64,000 bases of DNA. Source: Candidatus Saccharimonadota bacterium (GTDB lineage Bacteria > Patescibacteriota > Saccharimonadia > Saccharimonadales > JACOTW01). Positions within the stretch are counted from its first letter, which is position 1, and each line of letters starts with the position of its first letter. This document shows positions 62,736 to 64,000 of this stretch, piece after piece. The position numbers and the translations under genes were made by a program. Under the pieces are notes generated by a model. That model saw only the letters and a program-made list of their open reading frames with translations. It was not told the origin of the DNA and made no database searches. The stretch is taken from assembly GCA_016178135.1 (NCBI GenBank), contig JACOTW010000004.1:2681-66680 (forward strand), given 5' to 3'.

Positions 62736-63718
62736 ATGCCAGTAGGATATCATGTTACCCCATAAATTAAAGCAACAATAATTCAAAAAGTACGCCATGA
62801 AGGTATGAGTGTCAGCGATGCAGCTCAGTTATACAAAGCTAGCCCCAAATCTATCTATCGTTGGTTACGCGAAGGCGTAGTAGATGGTGACCGTAACCTC
62901 ATACTTGAACTTAATCGTCTGAAAAAAGAGAACGAACAATTGTATAAGTTGCTCGGTAGAGCAACTGCAGAAATACAAGGCCCAAAAAGTTAGCCATTCT
63001 GGATGAGGTCGAACCAGGATGGCGCAAACACTTTGCGGTTGTGCTGGGTGTATCCAGGACAAGTTGGTACGTTAGACCAAACAAACAGACCAGCAAAGAC
63101 AAGGCTGAGGTGAAGCAGTTACAAGCCGCCCATCTGCAACATCCGTTTTACGGCGTCTACCGCTTGGCCCTACATCTCGGCTGGAACCAAAAGAAAGCTA
63201 GGAGGATACGTATTCTCGTTGGCGTACACATCTCACGTCCTGGAAAAAAGTACAAATACGGCAGATCAGCTACTGCAGAGATATCTGCTCCGCAGAACAT
63301 CTTGCACAGATATGCCCAGTTCAAAGATGAACTACGCCCATAAGACGGTATGGACTACAGCGATATGGTTAACGCTGAAGCCTGGATGCAAGACTTTACC
63401 CATCTATGGTTCCAGCAAAATCATCTATACCTAGCAGTTGTTATGAGCCTTAAAACTAGAGAAGTAGTGGGCTGGAGGCTTGGACTCCGCCATACTTCCG
63501 AGCTAACCCACGAAACACTCACCGACGCATTGAGTCGACATACCTCCCTAGCTATTCTTCATAGCGATCAAGGTAGCGAATATCTTAGCTACAAACACCA
63601 ATTGCTCTGCCAGTACATGGAGATACAGCTTAGTTGCTCAAACAAGAGCAGTCCCTGGCAAAATGGCTTCATGGAACGTTGATTTGGAGGCTTCAAGCGT
63701 GAATTTAAAGCCAGTTAA
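62736..63718 (+). mobile_element. Decayed IS3-family insertion sequence (orfA/orfB with a -1 frameshift architecture, three in-frame stops, 3' truncated)
   Basis: orfA starts at ATG 62736 after AAGGAG, has an in-frame TAA at 62763 and carries the HTH MSVSDAAQLYKASPKSIYRWL. orfB is in the -1 frame from about 62984 across CCCAAAAAG. It has the rve core HSDQGSEYLS, an in-frame TAA at 63341 and a TGA at 63680, and ends early. Confidence 0.8.
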
Positions 63719-63756
63719 TTCGGCTTCGGCTTGGAGTAGACAGCCCCTGTAGATTT

Positions 63757-64000
63757 TTATAAATTAGGGGGAAGTTCCTCTATGGGTTGTTCAGGTTGTT
63801 CAGGTTGGAGATTATGGAACTTTGGACGAGTCCAGTATAAATACAATAATACTGCGCCACCAAGTACAATGAAGACAACGCTAAAGCTCAAGAGTACGTT
63901 ATCTATAGAATTAGCAATAGATTTGCCCAAGCCAATAAGAGCGGATTGCAAATCAGGATTGGCATTTTTGATGAGATCTTTATTGGAACCGACCCAGTAC
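63757..64000 (-). CDS. 3' part of an ORF entering from beyond the window end; hypothetical membrane protein
   Basis: The frame is open from 63999 down to the stop at 63757. It has one TM segment (VLLSFSVVFIVLGGAVLLYLY) and a PEQPEQP tail. Confidence 0.4.
   Translation of the reverse strand, partial: YWVGSNKDLIKNANPDLQSALIGLGKSIANSIDNVLLSFSVVFIVLGGAVLLYLYWTRPKFHNLQPEQPEQPIEELPPNL

Noticed and set aside
62763-63682. The in-frame TAA and TGA codons in the IS3 genes as evidence of stop-codon reassignment. Some CPR lineages recode UGA.
   Set aside because: Conserved housekeeping genes in the window end at TAA, TAG and TGA at the expected lengths. Examples are the rpmH TAA, and dnaA, dnaN and recF. 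No conserved gene needs read-through. The IS is also 3' truncated, so it is a pseudogene.

Overview
This 64-kb window has the compact, overlapping-gene architecture of a small Gram-positive-type or CPR genome. A Saccharibacteria-like origin is my inference from gene content only. Contents in order:

1. 682-20197: a Wzm/Wzt ABC-transporter-dependent surface-polysaccharide locus. It holds gmd, an rmd-like reductase, three GT4 and one GT2 glycosyltransferases, FkbM and SAM methyltransferases, and two GT-C-like membrane proteins.
2. 24276-27642: the lipid genes cdsA and plsY, two unassigned membrane-protein ORFs, and a UbiA prenyltransferase.
3. 29404-36059: the replication-origin core, rpmH-rnpA-yidC-jag followed by dnaA-dnaN-recF.
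4. 37487-51594: a Gram-positive-type type IV secretion locus. It has a VirB1-like hydrolase, VirB4, a PrgI/VirB3-like protein, a VirB6-like protein and six tandem VirB2-like pilin paralogs.
5. 53310-63753: a tRNA cluster (three tRNA-Ser, one tRNA-Arg) followed by a mobile island. The island carries a serine recombinase, a decayed IS3-type transposase, and a four-gene carbamoyltransferase / nitroreductase / radical-SAM / ATP-grasp cassette.
6. Three toxin-type modules: Doc with an AbrB-type antitoxin, VapBC, and an unusual NYN + MazF-like pair inside the wzm-wzt operon.

The most unusual signal is not a gene. Three interrelated families of roughly 160-bp palindromic elements with terminal inverted repeats occur as about 25 full or partial copies. 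Several sit in frame inside coding sequences (doc, the rmd-like gene, a pilin signal peptide). Others supply the C-terminus or stop codon of a gene (rnpA, a GT4). Functional calls rest on motifs I recognised by eye. No database search was run.
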